Source: Heterodontus francisci (taxonomy: Eukaryota). Taken from it: DNA of 64,000 nucleotides. Location of the stretch: assembly GCF_036365525.1 (NCBI RefSeq), contig NC_090404.1, positions 7,192,001 to 7,256,000 of the forward strand. Reading direction: 5' to 3'. The notes under the pieces are model-generated. The model was not told the origin of the DNA and did not search any database. It saw only the letters and a program-made list of their open reading frames with translations. The translations under genes and the position numbers were made by a program. Every line of letters starts with the position of its first letter. The stretch's first letter is position 1. Below are positions 1-13,489 of this stretch, piece by piece.

Positions 1-630
1 TGAGGTGTAGGTACACCCAGAGTGTTGTTAGGAAGGGAGTTTCAGGATTTTTACCCCGTGACAGTGATCGTGTTCCAAGTGAGGATGGTGTGTGAATTGG
101 AGTGAACCTTGCGAGTGGTGGTGTTCCCATGCATCTGCTGCCCTTGCCCTTCTAGGTGATAGAGGTCGTGGGTTTGGAAGGTGCTGTCAAAGGAGCCTTG
201 GTGAGTTGCTGCATTGCATCTTGTACACAGTATGCACTGCTGCCACTGTGCATCAGTGGTGAGTGAATGTTGAAGGAGGTGGTTGGGGTGCCAATCAAGC
301 GGGTTGCTTTGTCCTGGATGGTGTCGAGCTTCTAGAGTGTTATTGGAGCTGTACCCATCCAGGCAAGTGGGGAGTATTCCATCACACTCCTGACTTGTCT
401 CTTGTAGATGGTGGACAGGCATTGGGGAGACAGGAGGTGAGTTAATTGCTGCAGATTTTCCAGCCTCTAACCTGCTCCTGTAGCCACAGCATTTATGTGG
501 CTGGTTAGTTTCTGGTCAATGGTGACCCCCAAGATGTTGATAGCCGGGGATTCAGCGATGATAATGTCATTGAACTTCAAGGGTAGAAGGTTAGATACTC
601 CCTTGTTTGATCTGGTCATTGTCTGTTATT
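1..630 (-). mobile_element. 3' fragment of CR1/L2-group non-LTR retrotransposon (LINE family B)
   Basis: Reverse complement of the RT C-terminus and 3' region seen at 56560-57170 and 39400-39980 (LDTIQDKA-type motif). Confidence 0.8.
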
Positions 631-1150
631 GTTGTTGTAGACATGTCTCTCTTTATATTCCAGTAGGACCTGTGCTTGTTGTTCATAATGTAGAACATCT
701 CTCTGTTTCTATTGCACAAGGCTCTGCCTCAGTTATTACTTGAGAAAATGCCTCTATTTATATTATATTCGGTCCTATCTTTGTTATTACTATGCTAGAC
801 GTCGATGTCTCTGATAATATTACATTCGGCTCACTCTCAATTACACTGTAATAAACCTGATCTCTCTTTATATTGCACTGGACCTGCGTTGCACTCGATC
901 CTGTATCTGTTTATATAACAGTTCCGAAGAAGGGTCACTGACCCGAAACGTTAACTCTGCTTCTCTTTCCACAGATGCTGCCAGACCTGCTGAGTGAATC
1001 CAGCATTTCTTGTTTTTGTATATAACAATAGACCCTGTCTCTCTATAAATTACACTGGACCCTGCCTCTGTATACATTGCACTAGTCCCTGTATCTGTTT
1101 ATCTCACAATAGACCCTGTCTCTGTTTACATTATATTAGACTGTTTGGTA
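630..1150. repeat. Degenerate ~27-bp minisatellite (gaccctgtctctgtttattacacta-like)
   Basis: gaccctg/gtccctg recurs at 1031, 1058, 1085 and 1112; same family at ~10680-10910. Confidence 0.7.
921..1018 (+). mobile_element. 98-bp Penelope pLTR fragment carrying a minimal hammerhead motif, flanked by a 9-bp TSD
   Basis: Identical to 34901-34998; TATATAACA at 912-920 and 1019-1027; CCGAAGA-A-GGGTC/ACT/GACCC-GAAA-CG-TT at 924-952. Confidence 0.8.
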
Positions 1151-2982
1151 TCATATTTTATTTTATAATGCTCTTGTAAAGCACCTCAGGACTTATTATT
1201 ATGCTGATGGCACGATCTAACTGCAAGCTGTTGTTGCTTCTGTGATTGGATTCTGCTGTTGAACACGTCCAGGACTAAACCATGTTCAATCTGAAAGTGG
1301 AGTTTGTTTCTGCTGATGTCAATAACCCCTATAACTGGGCTGGAGTTTAATTTTTACATTTACCAAATAAATCAGATTTGTGTCAAACACACATTTGTTC
1401 AGTCCTTGATTTCTCCAGGACAGGAGGAAACTGATTGATGTCCTGTTAGCCACAGTTCCGTTTTTGGTCCTTTTCTGCTTTCTAACTCGACATCATTCAG
1501 TTCTTGTCGCTTCAGTTACTCTCATGTACAAGTCGCAGCGCCTCTTCCCTTCCAGACTGCCTCTCCAGCCTTGAGATCCAGGGAAGGTTATCAGTAACAT
1601 GCCCGGGATCACTAAACACAAAAACTCACTCTGTAAATCACTTTCAGCTATTGGACCTAGCCAATGCCTCACAGCATCTCTCGCACCTTCGATGTGTGAA
1701 TAGACCATCACGCCTGCATACTCGATTTAAATGTAAACTTAAATCTTCCGAGCAAATGTATTCAACAACAGATGAACACTTCACATAACTGGCGAAATAC
1801 TCAATTACTGTGATCTGCAATGCACTGGCTGAAAGGGTGGTGGAAGTAGATTCAATAAGTTTCCAAAGGGAATTGGATAAATAATTAAAAGGAAGAGTTT
1901 GCAGGGCTCTGGGGAAAGGCCAGGGGAGTGGGACTAATTGTCAACTCTTTCAAAGATGCTGCCGGCCCGACAATGCAGCTCTCTATTGACAGCAGACAGT
2001 CTGATGTCCAACTCCCCAAGAATAAAGATCCAAACTCTCTAATAAATCAGCTTTATTTCAAACCATTTGCAGTAAGTTGGGTTCCAATTGCCCCGCTCCC
2101 CCGTTGCCTGGATACAAACACTGTGAACGGCAGTGCCCTCTAATTATGGTCCCGAGACTGCGCTCCCTGTTTAAAGTGCTGTGGCACTGTCTCCCTGCGG
2201 TTCAATCCTCTGCTGTCCCCACACTCGCTTCCCTTCTTTCTGGAGATCTAACTGTTGTATAATTGCACCAGCAGTTAACAGGTACCTGTGAAATCCTCCA
2301 TCTGCTGCTTTCATGCAGACTTCAGCCAATTTATTTGAAGCAGGTTTTTATTAAATGAATTAACACCTGCCTAAAATGATCATCTCAGGTCTATCACACT
2401 AACATGTTAAAATGTTGTAGAATCATTACGAATCATTTTCAGACTAGAAATTTGAACGTGCCGTTTCACTTTCAGTCAGGAACAGATCACAGTTTTACTC
2501 CAATCTCTGATTTGACAGCACATTTCCAGCATTCACCGTTGTTCATTTTGATTCTAAACACAGTTGTAAATGAGCATTCTGTTCCGTGCCAAGGATCTCA
2601 GAAACATGGAAGAGAGCGGCTGGGGACACATTTCTGACACGTCTCAGCATTAACGCACACGGGGGCTTTGCTGTCAGTCGAGAGGCGAGAAAGACCAAAG
2701 TGCCGTTTGTCTGTCTCACTGTGAGCCTAAAGGACTGTGGCCAGTAGAAGTTCTGTTCTTGCCGTACGATCCTTCCCCAGATTGTCATTTCTGAGATCCA
2801 GCCAGGTGATGTCAAACACTTAGGGGGGAAAGACAAAAACCTACAACAGTGCTTTGAAAACAAAGCTGATTTATTTCATATTTATCCAGAATATTAAACC
2901 TCAGCGAAAAAATCACTGTCAAAATGAACATGGTTCAGTTCTAGGTGTGATTAACAGCAGCAATAACAGCAGAATCCAACCC

Positions 2983-5070
2983 TTACAGTCTCTTGTGAAC
3001 TCGCTGGTGTGTTCGCAGGTGGGATGACTGAGTGAACCCCTTCCCACACACAAAGCAGGTGAATGGCCTCTCCCCAGTGTGAATTCGCTGGTGATTCAGT
3101 AGGTTGGATAAATGAGTGAATCCCTTCCCACACATGGAGCAGGTGAACGGCCTCTCCCGAGTGTGAATTCGTTGGTGTGTCAGCAGGTTGGATGACTGAG
3201 TGAATTTTGTATCACAGACGGAGCAGGTGAAGGGCCTCTCCCTGGTGTGAACTCGCTGTTGATTTAACAGGTTGGATGAACGCGTGAATCCCTTCCCACA
3301 AATCGAGCAGGTAAATGGCCTCTCCTGAGTGTCAACCTGCTGGTGTGTCAAAAGATTGCATGAACGGGTGAATCCCTTCCCACACACAGAGCTCATGAAT
3401 GGTCTATGCCCCGTGTGAAGTTGCTGATGTATCAGAAGGCTGGATGAATTCATGAATCCCTTCACACACAGAGAGCAAGTGAAAGGTCTTTCCCCAGTGT
3501 GCGAATATTGGTGTGTCAGCAGATCCTTTTTCCTTTTAAAGCTCTTCTCACAGTCAGAACAATTAGAAAGTTCAGTGTTAGAGTGAACAAGTTGATGTGT
3601 TCGAAGGTGGGATGATTGGGTGAATCCCTTACCACAAACAGAGCAGGTCAACAGTCTCTCCCCAGTGTCACTTCTTCGATGAGAATCCAGCTGGGATGGG
3701 TAATTTTATCCCTTCCCACAGTCCCTGCATTTCTACGGTTTCTCCATGGTGTGGGTGCCCTTCTCCCGCTCCAGGTTGGATGAGAAGTTGAAGCCTCGTC
3801 CACACACGTGTGCAGTTTCTCCCCGATGTGAATGGTGGAGTGGTTTCTCAGTCTGTGCAACTGGTTAAAGCTCTTTCCACAGTCCATGCACTGGAACACT
3901 CTGACTCGGGTTTGTGTGTGTGAGTCGGTGCTTTTCCAGTCACACTGATGTTTGAAATCTTTTCCCACAGACAGAACAAACAAACATTTCTCCTTCCACA
4001 TTCAAAGGCCGATGACATTCAGACTAGATGAATTGAGTGACTGTCAGATCTTCACCTGAAGCTTGGCTTGAGTTTCCAGTCTGAAAATAGTAGTATATAT
4101 AAATGATTTGGAGGAAAATTTAGCTGGTCTGATTAGTAAGTTTGCGGACGACACAAAGGTTGGTGGAGTTGCAGATAATGATGAGGATTGTCAGAGGATA
4201 CAGCAGGATATAGATCGGTTGGAGACTTGGGCGGAGCTTTGGCAGATGGAGTTTAATCCGGACAAATGTGAGGTAATGCATTTTGGAAGGTCTAATGCAG
4301 GTGGGAGGTATACAGTAAATGGCAGAACCCTTAGGAGTATTGACAGGCAGAGAGATATGGGCGTACAGGTCCACGGGTCACTGAAAGTGGCAACGCAGGT
4401 GGATAAGGTAGTGAAGAAGGCATTTGGCATGCTTGCCTTCATCGGCCGGGGCACGGAGTATAAAAATTGGCAAGTCATGTTGCAGCTGTACAGAACCTTA
4501 GTTAGGCCACACTTAGAATATTGCGTGCAATTCTGGTCGCCACACTACCAGAAGGACGTGGAGGCTTTGGAGAGGGTACAGAGGAGTTTTACCAGGATGT
4601 TTCCAGGTCTGGAGGGCATTAGCTATGAGGAGAGGTTGGAAAAACTGGGATTGTTTTCACTGGAACGACGGAGGTGGAGGGGCGACATGACAGAGGTTTA
4701 CAAAGTTATGAGCGGCATGGACAGAGTGGATAGTCAGAAGCTTTTTCCCAGGGTGGAAGAGTCAGTTACTAGGGGACATAGGTTTAAGGTGAGAGGGGAT
4801 GTGCGAGTCAAGTTCTTTACACAGAGTGTGGTGAGTGACTGGAACGTGTTGCCAGGGGAGGTGGTGGAAGCAGGTACCATAGAGACATTTAAGAGGCATT
4901 TTGACAAATACATGAATAGGATGGGAATAGAGGGATATGGGCCCCGGAATTCCTGAAGGTGTTAGTTTCGGCAGGCATCAAGATCGGCGCAGGCTTGGAG
5001 GGCCGAATGGCCTGTTCCTGTGCTGTACTGTTCTTTGTTATTTTTGTTCAAATGCTCCTCTTCTAATACC
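2983..5070 (-). pseudogene. C2H2 zinc-finger gene, last exon; pseudogene interrupted by CR1
   Basis: About 8 CxxC...H fingers with TGERPF/TRERPF linkers (2983-3651). The probable start MEKP (3747) is followed by TAG (3735-3733) and TAA (3708-3706). Frameshift near 3805. Acceptor ttttacag at 5071-5072. CR1 inserted at ~4091-5049. Confidence 0.85.
4091..5049 (+). mobile_element. 5'-truncated CR1 LINE (RT C-terminus and 3' tail)
   Basis: ORF 4108-4956 with SKFADDTK, LVRPHLEYCVQFWSP and LGLFSLE; tail gggccgaatggcctgttcctgtgctgtactgttctttg. Confidence 0.92.
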
Positions 5071-5339
5071 CTGTAAAAGGAGTTTACAAATGTCATCACT
5101 GTCAGTACAGGATAGAAATTCAGAACGAACAATTCCAATTTCTATGGAACATTTTTTCCGCTCTTGCTCCCCCAAAGCTGTAAATTCCTGTCCCACACAC
5201 TGTCCCTCCTCCCCGTGCAGAAAGCCAAACCCATCGCACCATCTGCAACATTTCTTTCCTCCACTGCCAGTTTTCACTCTTCCTCGACTCTGGCTGGGTT
5301 CAGTTCCCCATCTCCGATGTGTGGAGTGAGAATCAAATC

Positions 5340-5780
5340 AAACTTCGTGCTCACTGGGGCCCTGAAGCCCCGCCCCATTGTCTTGCGTCACCAGGATGGC
5401 CGCGCATGCCCGTGACCCCGCCCTGCCGAACATGGAGGCCTATGGCCCCGCTCCCTGGGCCTGTCACTGCAAGTAAACATTGGGCCTGTGGCCTCTTATC
5501 GGGGCCTCACGCATGCCGTCCGGCGGAACACAGAGCGGTTTCCCCGGTGGACTTTATTCGGACCCAAAAATCCTTCAGCAACTTTCTGACCTCAGCGGTG
5601 GGTGGCAGGGGCGCGGCCTCCCCATAGTTTCTGTATCTCCCTGTACCACTTCCAGGGGCCTGCTCCAGAGCTGCAGCTTCAACTGGTGATGGAGCCGAGC
5701 CTCATCCGCACCAGCGCACCGGCCTCCTCAAACAGGCAACGGGCGGGTTCCACCCCGCGGAGCCTCTGGGGAAACACACT
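5340..5780 (-). promoter_or_regulatory. CpG-rich putative promoter of the ZNF gene
   Basis: High GC/CpG; GCGCATGC (NRF1-like), GC boxes and GATGGC (YY1-like) immediately upstream of the ZNF exon. Confidence 0.5.
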
Positions 5781-6089
5781 GTGTGTGTTATTGACTGTCA
5801 ATAATTGGAGAATTCACTGATCCGACTGAGATGGAGCTGAAGCGAAATTAAATCAACTGAACGAAATACGAGAGCCTGCAGACATTAATGATTTGAATAA
5901 GGAAAGCAAACTGCCGCCCTCGCAGACAACATCAAATACAAATTTTAATTTGAATTCGTCAATGATCCTTAAAGGGACAGTACTCTCTCTCTCTCTCTCT
6001 GTCTCTGTAGTTGGCTGTTAAAGGGATAGACCGAAGTAAAGGCAGAGTGTCTCTGCTTGCCTGTGTGATTCAGGAAGTTTGTTTTAAAA

Positions 6090-6450
6090 AAGTGTGCAGG
6101 AAACAATTCACTCAGTCAAGCACCAACATTTACACATTGATGAGACCAGCTCGTTCATTCTGGCAAACTGTTCGAAAAATGAGAAGAGCTTAAAAAGCAA
6201 AAATAATCTGCAGACACATCAATCCATTAACTCAAGGGACAGACTGTTCACCTGCTCAGCATGAGGGAAATAAATTACTCATTTATCCGAAATGTTGAGA
6301 CACTCGTGAGCTCACATGCGACTATCAGGGTCAGAATCTGCTATCAGTGCTTGCATTAATCTCACCCAGTTTGAATCGTCTTAATTCTGACAGTTAGGAT
6401 GTGTTTCTGTTGATATTAATAACCCTCAACGAGGTAGTAGTTCAATATTA
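6090..6450 (+). pseudogene. Highly degraded C2H2-ZNF 3' relic
   Basis: CRKQFTQS and RLFTCS remnants plus a 3'UTR similar to the one following the ZNF at 2900-2990. Further relics at ~1240-1370 and 8140-8225 (CSVCGRGF). Confidence 0.55.
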
Positions 6451-6625
6451 TGCAGAGCTAATCAAAGGCGGAAGGGTCAGATAAAAATCCTGTGATTGTC
6501 TCCAATTAGTTTATTTTTACTTTTGTGAAATACTTCACTCTTCAAAGGACTTTCTTCAAATACTGAAAGCTACCACAAATGGAGCAAAGCTCCATTAAAC
6601 AACTGATCATAAACTGAAACGAAGC

Positions 6626-6897
6626 TCCTTCCAAGTGAATCCATGATTTACTTGAACTTCTTTCAATTCAGTATAGTGTATTCACTGCTCACACTGTGGT
6701 CTTCTCTACATTGGAGAGACCAAGCCCTGACTGGCTGATTGCTTTGTGGAAAACTTCCGTTCAGTCTGCAGGTATAACTCTGAGCTTCCAGCCTCTTCCT
6801 CTGTTTCACTGGCTCAAACTGGTTCTGATAAAAGGACACAGACCTGAAATGTTAACTGTTCCTCTCTACATTGTTGCTGCCAGACCTGCTGAGTATT
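6626..6897 (+). mobile_element. Old, internally deleted Penelope-like fragment
   Basis: YIGET (GIY-YIG) coding remnant; decayed hammerhead CTGATAA...GAAATGTTAAC; gctgccagacctgctgag. Confidence 0.7.
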
Positions 6898-6994
6898 GCA
6901 CCCCACAGAGACATCACACATTGCTTCCTCCCTGGGACAGCTCAGGGTCAGACACTGAACATACTGCACCCCGTAAAATAGCCCGCCCATTCCA

Positions 6995-8140
6995 GGTATT
7001 ATTCTAGTAAACATTCTCTGAATTTCTTCCAATGCATTTACATCCTTCCTTAAATAAGGAGACCAACCCGTACACAGTACCCCAGACGTGGTCTCACCAA
7101 TGCCATGTATAGCTGAAACATAACCTCCCTACATTTGTATTCAATTCCCCTCGTGATAAACAATAACACATTCCATTATCTTTCCTAATTATGTGTTGCA
7201 CCGACATACTAACCTTTTGCGATTCGTGCATTAGGACACCCAGATCCCTCTGCATCTCAGAGCTCTGCAATCTCTCACTATTTAGATAAAAGGTTTCTTT
7301 GTTATTCTTCCTGCCAAAATGGACAACTTCACAATTTCCCACATCATACTCCATTTGTCAGGTCTTTGCCCACTCACTTAACCTATCTATATCCCTCTGT
7401 CGCCTCCTTATGTTCACTTCACAAGTTACCTTCCTACTTATCTTTATGTCATCAACAATCAGCAGTACCAGAATGTCTCATCTTTTCCTGATAGGTTTAA
7501 TAATATTGGAAAGAGCGAAGCTATTGTCTTCGGTCCGTGCCACAACCTCCACTGCCTAACCACGGACTCCATCCCTTTCCTGTCAATTGTCTGATGCGAT
7601 ACCAAACGGCTCATAACCTTGGTGTCATATCTGACCCCAAGATGAGCTTCCAACAGCATATCGGCAGCATAATTCAAACCACCTATTTCCATCTCAGTCA
7701 CATAAGAACTTGTAAATAAGAGCCAATGTAGGCCATTCAGCCCCTCGAGCCTTCTCTGCATTCAATATGATCAAGGCTGATCTGATTGTGGCTTTGACTC
7801 CACTTTCCTGCCTGCCGTCCCCATAACGCTGGTCAACCAAAATCTGTTTAACTCAGCCTTGACTATATTCAATGACCAGCCTCCACAACTTGCTGGGGAA
7901 GGGACAAACACAAACGACCCTCTGAGAGAAACAAATTCTTCCTCATCTCCCTCTTTAAATAGGAGACCCCTTAATTTGAAACTGTGTCCCTTACTTCTAG
8001 ATTCCCCCATAAGGGGAAGCATCCTCCCAGCATCTATCCTGTCAAACCCCCTTCAAATAACAGACATTCCAATTAGATCACCTCTCAGTTGTCTAAACTA
8101 CAATGAATATAAGCCAAACATGTTCCCCTATTCCTCATAA
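6995..8140 (-). mobile_element. CR1 fragments (-) with an interposed L2-like fragment (~7500-7700, +)
   Basis: CEVVHFGRKN...QRDLGV on -; AIVFGP...NLGVI-type L2 RT remnant on +. Confidence 0.7.
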
Positions 8141-8399
8141 AACTAATGGAGACAATCCATGCACGTGTTCTGTGTGTGGACGAGGTTTCAGCCGATGGTG
8201 TGGCCTGTTGAGCCACAAGCAAAGGACAAATCCCTCGCCTTCTGACTTCGCCGCTGCGTCAGCTCAACTTCATCTGAAACTTACATCAATGCATTTATTA
8301 TCTTTTAGCTCGACTATTCTACCACACTCCTCACTAGCCTGCCACATTCAACTCTCCATAAGAGTAGGATGCAGTCGGGACCAAAGTCGCAAGCTGTGA

Positions 8400-10120
8400 G
8401 TGGAGCCGGAAGACATAGTTGAGGTTTTAAATGATGACTTTTCATCTGTGTTCACCATGGAGAAGGACGATTAGGTGTAGAGATCAGGGAGGGGGATTGT
8501 GATATACTTGAACATATTAGCATTGAAAGGGAGGAAGTATTAGCTGTTTAGCGAGCTTCAAAATGGATAAATCCCCAGGCCCAGATGAGATGTATCCCAG
8601 GCTCTTATGTGAGGCAAGGGAGGAGATAGCAGGGGCTCTGACACAAATTTTCAAATTCTCTCTCGCCACAGAAGAGGTACCTGAGGACTGGAGGACAGCG
8701 AATATGGGACCATTATTCAAGAAGGGTAGCAGGGATAAACTAGGTAATTACAGGCTCGGGAGTCTAACATCAGTGGCAGGGAAACTATTGCAAAAAATTC
8801 TGAACGACAGGATTAATCTCCACTTGGAGAGGCAGGAATAAATCAGGGATAGTAAGCAAGGCTTTGTCAAGGGGAGATCGTGTCTAACAAACTTAATTGA
8901 ATTTTTCGAGGAGGTGACGAGATGTGCAGATGAGGGGAAAGCAGTTTATGTAGTCTACATGGACTTCAGTAAGGCTTTTGCTAAGGTCCCGCATGAGAGA
9001 TTAGTTAAAAAGGTAAGAGCCCATTGAATCCGGGGCAATTTGAAAAATTGGATCCAAGATTGGCTTCCTGGCAACAGACAGAGGGTGACGGTCGAGGGTT
9101 GCTTTTACGATTGGAAGCCTGTGACCAGTGCTGTACCGCAGGCATCGGTGATGAGACCCTTGCTGTTTGTAGTGTACGTTAATGATTTAGATGTGAATGC
9201 AGGAGGTATGATCAGTAACTTCGCAGATGACACAAAAATTGGTGGTGTCAGAAATAGTGAGAAAAGGCTTAGATTGCAGGACGATATAGATGGGCAGAGC
9301 AGTAGCAAATGGAATTTAATCCTGAGAAGTGTGAGATGATGCATTTTGGGAGGGCTGATAAGGCAAGGGAATATACAATGGATGGTAGGACCCTAGGAAA
9401 TACAGGGAGTCAGAGGGATCTTGGTGTATTGTCCATAAATCACTGAAGGCAGCACCACAAGTAGATAAGATGGTTAGGAAGGCATATGTGATATTTGCCT
9501 TTATCAGCCGAGACATATAATATAAGAGCAGGGAAGTTATGATGGACCTGTATAAAACGCTAGTTGGGCCACAGCTGGAGTACTGTGCACAGTTCTGGGC
9601 ACCACACTACAGGAAGGATGTGATTGCACTGGAGAGGGTGCAGAGGAGATTCACCAGAATGTTGCCTGGGCTGGAGCACTTCAGCTATGAAGAGATACTG
9701 GATCGGATAAGTTAGTTTCCTTAGAGCAGATAAGGTTGAGGGGGGACCTGATTGAGGCATATAAAATTATGAGGGGCATTGATAGGATAGATGGGAAGAA
9801 ACTTTTTTCCCTTAGCGGAGGGGTCAATAACCAGGGGGCACAGATTAAAGGTATGAGTCATGAGGATTTGAGGGGATTTGAGGAAATAGTTTTTCACCCA
9901 GAGAATGGTTGGAATCTGGAGCACACTGCCTGAAGGGGTGGTAGAGGCAGGAACCCTCACAACTTTTACGAAGTATTTCGACGAACACTGGAAGTGCCAT
10001 AGCATACAAGGCTACGGGCCAAGTGCTACAAAAAAGGATTAGAATAGATAGGTGCTTGATGGCCGGCACAGACACGATGGGCTGAAGGGCCTGCTTCTGT
10101 GCTGTATTATTCTATGACTC
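8400..10120 (+). mobile_element. Degenerate CR1 ORF2 (RT) and 3' tail
   Basis: DKSPGPD, DWRTAN, NFADDTK and RGDLIE motifs with stops and frameshifts. Confidence 0.9.
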
Positions 10121-10911
10121 TACATCAACAACTGGCACCTGTACTCGATCACTGGTCTAAAGCCTAGCTACCCGACCAACCCAAATACGTGTGTCAGGTT
10201 CGGGTCGAGTCGGGCATTTAAAAATAAATGCACTGGCCGAAGAGGTGGAACAGTTTCGAGGTTAATCCTGTCAACATTCAGAATAACAGACTATAAAGGA
10301 ACAGTGATCTCAAAGACAATCTCGTGCAGCATGTCTGCAGGGGATGTGTTGAATCAGGTTCAAAGGGATTTAATTATATATGTTTTCTATATTAGACAAT
10401 CAAATTAAAATCTGGAACTGAGATGGGGATATGGATTGGTGTTAGATGGGAGGATTTGGATCAGTGTATTACTCCAGGAAGTCTTGCAATCAGAGTGAAA
10501 TTATTTCCAAAATGATTCCTGTAATAACAGTAATCCCATTGCTATCTGTTGGTGTAAGACTACTTTAAGTATTTAAAGTGGAGACCACAGGCATGTTAGA
10601 GAATGATATCCAAAAGGAATTTGTGACCTGTCCAAGGAGATTAGTGAAGGGAAAGGAAGGGATGTGGAAGGCACCAGACACTGGAAGATTTCACTGTTTC
10701 TATTACGGTATGTCACATCTCTGTCTATGTTACACACGACATCGTCTCAGTTATTACTGCACTCGACGACGACTTTGTTTCTATTACACCAGATACTGTC
10801 TCATTTATTACTGCATTGCACAATGTGTCAATTTATACTGCACTAGATTCTGACTCAGTAATGACTAAACCGCGCCATGTATCTGTATATATTACATTAA
10901 CCCTTGTCTCA

Positions 10912-11815
10912 GTTCTGGTGGAGTAGCAGATAGTGAAGGGGACTGTCAGAGAATACAGCAGAATATCGATAGACTGGAGAGTTGGGCAGAGAAATGGCAG
11001 ATGGAGTTCAATCAGGGCAAATGCGAGGTGATGCATTTTGGAAGATCCAATTCAGGAATGAACTATGCAGTAAATGGAAAAGTCCTGGGGAAAATTGATG
11101 TACAGAGAAATTTGTGTGTTCAGGTCCATTGTTCCCTGAAGGTGGCAACGCAGGTCAATAGAGTGGTCAAGAAGGCATATGGCATGCTTTCCTTCATCGG
11201 ACGGGGTATTGAGTACAAGAGTTGGCAGGTCATGTTACAGTTGTATAAGACTTTGGTTCGGTCACATTTGGAATACTGCGTGCAGTTCTGGTCGCCACAT
11301 TACCAAAAGGATGTGGATGCTTTGGAGAGGGTGCAGAGGAGGCTCACCAGGATGTTGCCTGGTATGGAGGGCGCTAGCTATGAAGAGAGGTTGAGTAGAT
11401 TAGGATTATTTTCATTAGAAAGACGGAGGTTGAGGGGGGACCTGATTGAGGTGTACAAAACCATGAGAGGTATAGACAGGGTGGATAGCAAGAAGCTTTT
11501 TCCCAGAGTGGGGGATTCAATTACAAGGGAACACGAGTTCAAAGTGAAAGGGGAAAAGTTTAGTGGGGATATGCGTGGAAAGTTCTTTATGCAGAGGGTG
11601 GTGGGTGCATGGAACGCATTGCCAGTGGAGGTGGCAGACGCGGGCACGATAGCGTCTTTTAAGATGTATCTAGACAGATACATGAATGGGCAGGAAGTAA
11701 AGAGATACAGAACCTTAGATAATAGGTGACAGGTTTAGATAGAGGATTTGGATCGGCGTAGGCTTGGAGGGCCGAAGGGCCTGTCCCTGAGCTGTAATTT
11801 TCTTTGTTCTTTGTT
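10912..11815 (+). mobile_element. 5'-truncated CR1 LINE
   Basis: ORF 11001-11729 (RT C-terminus); (ttctttg)n tail. Confidence 0.92.
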
Positions 11816-11829
11816 CTCATTGCATTAGG

Positions 11830-13150
11830 CCATAGATTACTCGAGTTGAAAAATAATGCTTATGATAAACTTTTACAAAAGTCCAGTAGGCCTCAGCGGG
11901 AGTATTGTGTCAAGTTCTGGCTACCACATTTTCAGAAAGACATCGAGAAGTTGGAGAGGGTCTGGAAAAGATTTTCTAAAATGATACCAGGGATGAAAGA
12001 TTTCAATTACGTGACGAGAGTGAACGAACCGAGATTGTTCCACGGAGAGCAGCGAAGATTAAAAGGAGATTTCATAGAGGCGTTCAAAATCATGAAGCAT
12101 TTTGATAAAATGAATAAACTGAAAGCATTTCCAGTGACAGAAGGGTCAGTAACCGGAGGAAACAGATTCAAGGTGAACTGCAATTTAACCAAAGGCGACA
12201 TATAAATGACTTGGAGCTTGGAATACAGAGCAGAATCTCAAAATTTGTGGATGACACTAAATTTGGAAGTGTGGCAAACAGAGAAGATAATGTGAACCGC
12301 CTGCAACAGGACATAGATAGACTAGCAGAGTGGGTAGACAAGTGGCAGATGGAATTTAATACTGACAAGGGTGAGGTGATGCATTTTGGCAGAAAGAATA
12401 GGGAGAGGCAATATATACTTAATGGCGCAGTTCTAAATTGTGTGCAGGAACAGAGTGATCTGGGGGTGCATCTGCATCGATCTTTGAAGGTGGCAGGACA
12501 TATTGAGTAGTTTAGTAAAGTATATGAGATCTTGGGCTTCCTAAACAGAGACACTGAGAAGAAAAGCAGGGAGGTTATGCTAAAAATTTATGAAGCTCTG
12601 GTTAGGCCCCAACAATAGTATTGTGTCCAGTTCTGGTCACCACACTTCAGGACGATGTGAGGTTCTTTGAGAGGGTGCAGATATTTATCAGGATGGTTCC
12701 AGGAATTACGTATTTTAGTTACAAGATTAGATGGGGAAAACAGGAATTATTCTCCTGATAACAAAGGAGATTGAGGGGAGATTTGAGAGAAATATGAAAG
12801 CTTATGACAGGCTTAGGACAGTTAGGCAAGGAAAACCTGTTCACATTAACTGATGGCAGAAGAACTAGGGGATACAGATTGAAGGTTGTGGGCAAGAGAT
12901 GCAGGGGACTATGAGAAAGAACTTTATAATGTAGCGGGTGATAATGATCTGGGACTCGCTGCCCACCAGGGTGGTAGAAGTGGAGACAGTAAATGACTTC
13001 AAAATGAAATTGGATAGCCACTTGAAGGAAATAGACTTTCAGGCCTGCGAGGGTCGAAAGTGGGAGTGGGACCGACTGAATAGCTCTGTGGAGAGGTGGT
13101 ATGGACTCAATGGGCCGAATGGCCTCCTTTTGTGCTGTAAATGACTGTGT
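11830..13150 (+). mobile_element. Older CR1 fragments
   Basis: EYCVKFW, SKFVDDTK and WAxKWQMEFN-type motifs. Confidence 0.8.
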
Positions 13151-13489
13151 AGCTCAATGACTCCAGACAATATGACGGAAAAGATAAATGACAGACCAAA
13201 TTGCTATGATCCGGAATGCACTGCCTGAAAGTGTGGTGGAAGCTGTTTGGTTAATAACTTTTTAAAGGGGAATTTAATAAATATTTCATATGAAAACAAT
13301 ACGTAAATATCTGTTCTGGCGTAATAGCAGGGGGCAGTAGAATAATTGGATATGTCTTTCGGAAAGCTGGTACAGTCCTGAGAGGCTGAATGACCTCCGT
13401 CTCAGCTTTATCATGCTCGGAGCGTATGATTTACTGGCTGAATCCAACACTTTTTTTTTACACCTGTTGTGAATAAAAAGACTAGAAGA

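Noticed and set aside
4108-4956. RT-like ORFs (also 11001, 35559, 45602, 56162) as host genes or prokaryote-type RT defence systems
   Set aside because: Ordinary LINE ORF2 fragments with LINE tails, stops and truncations
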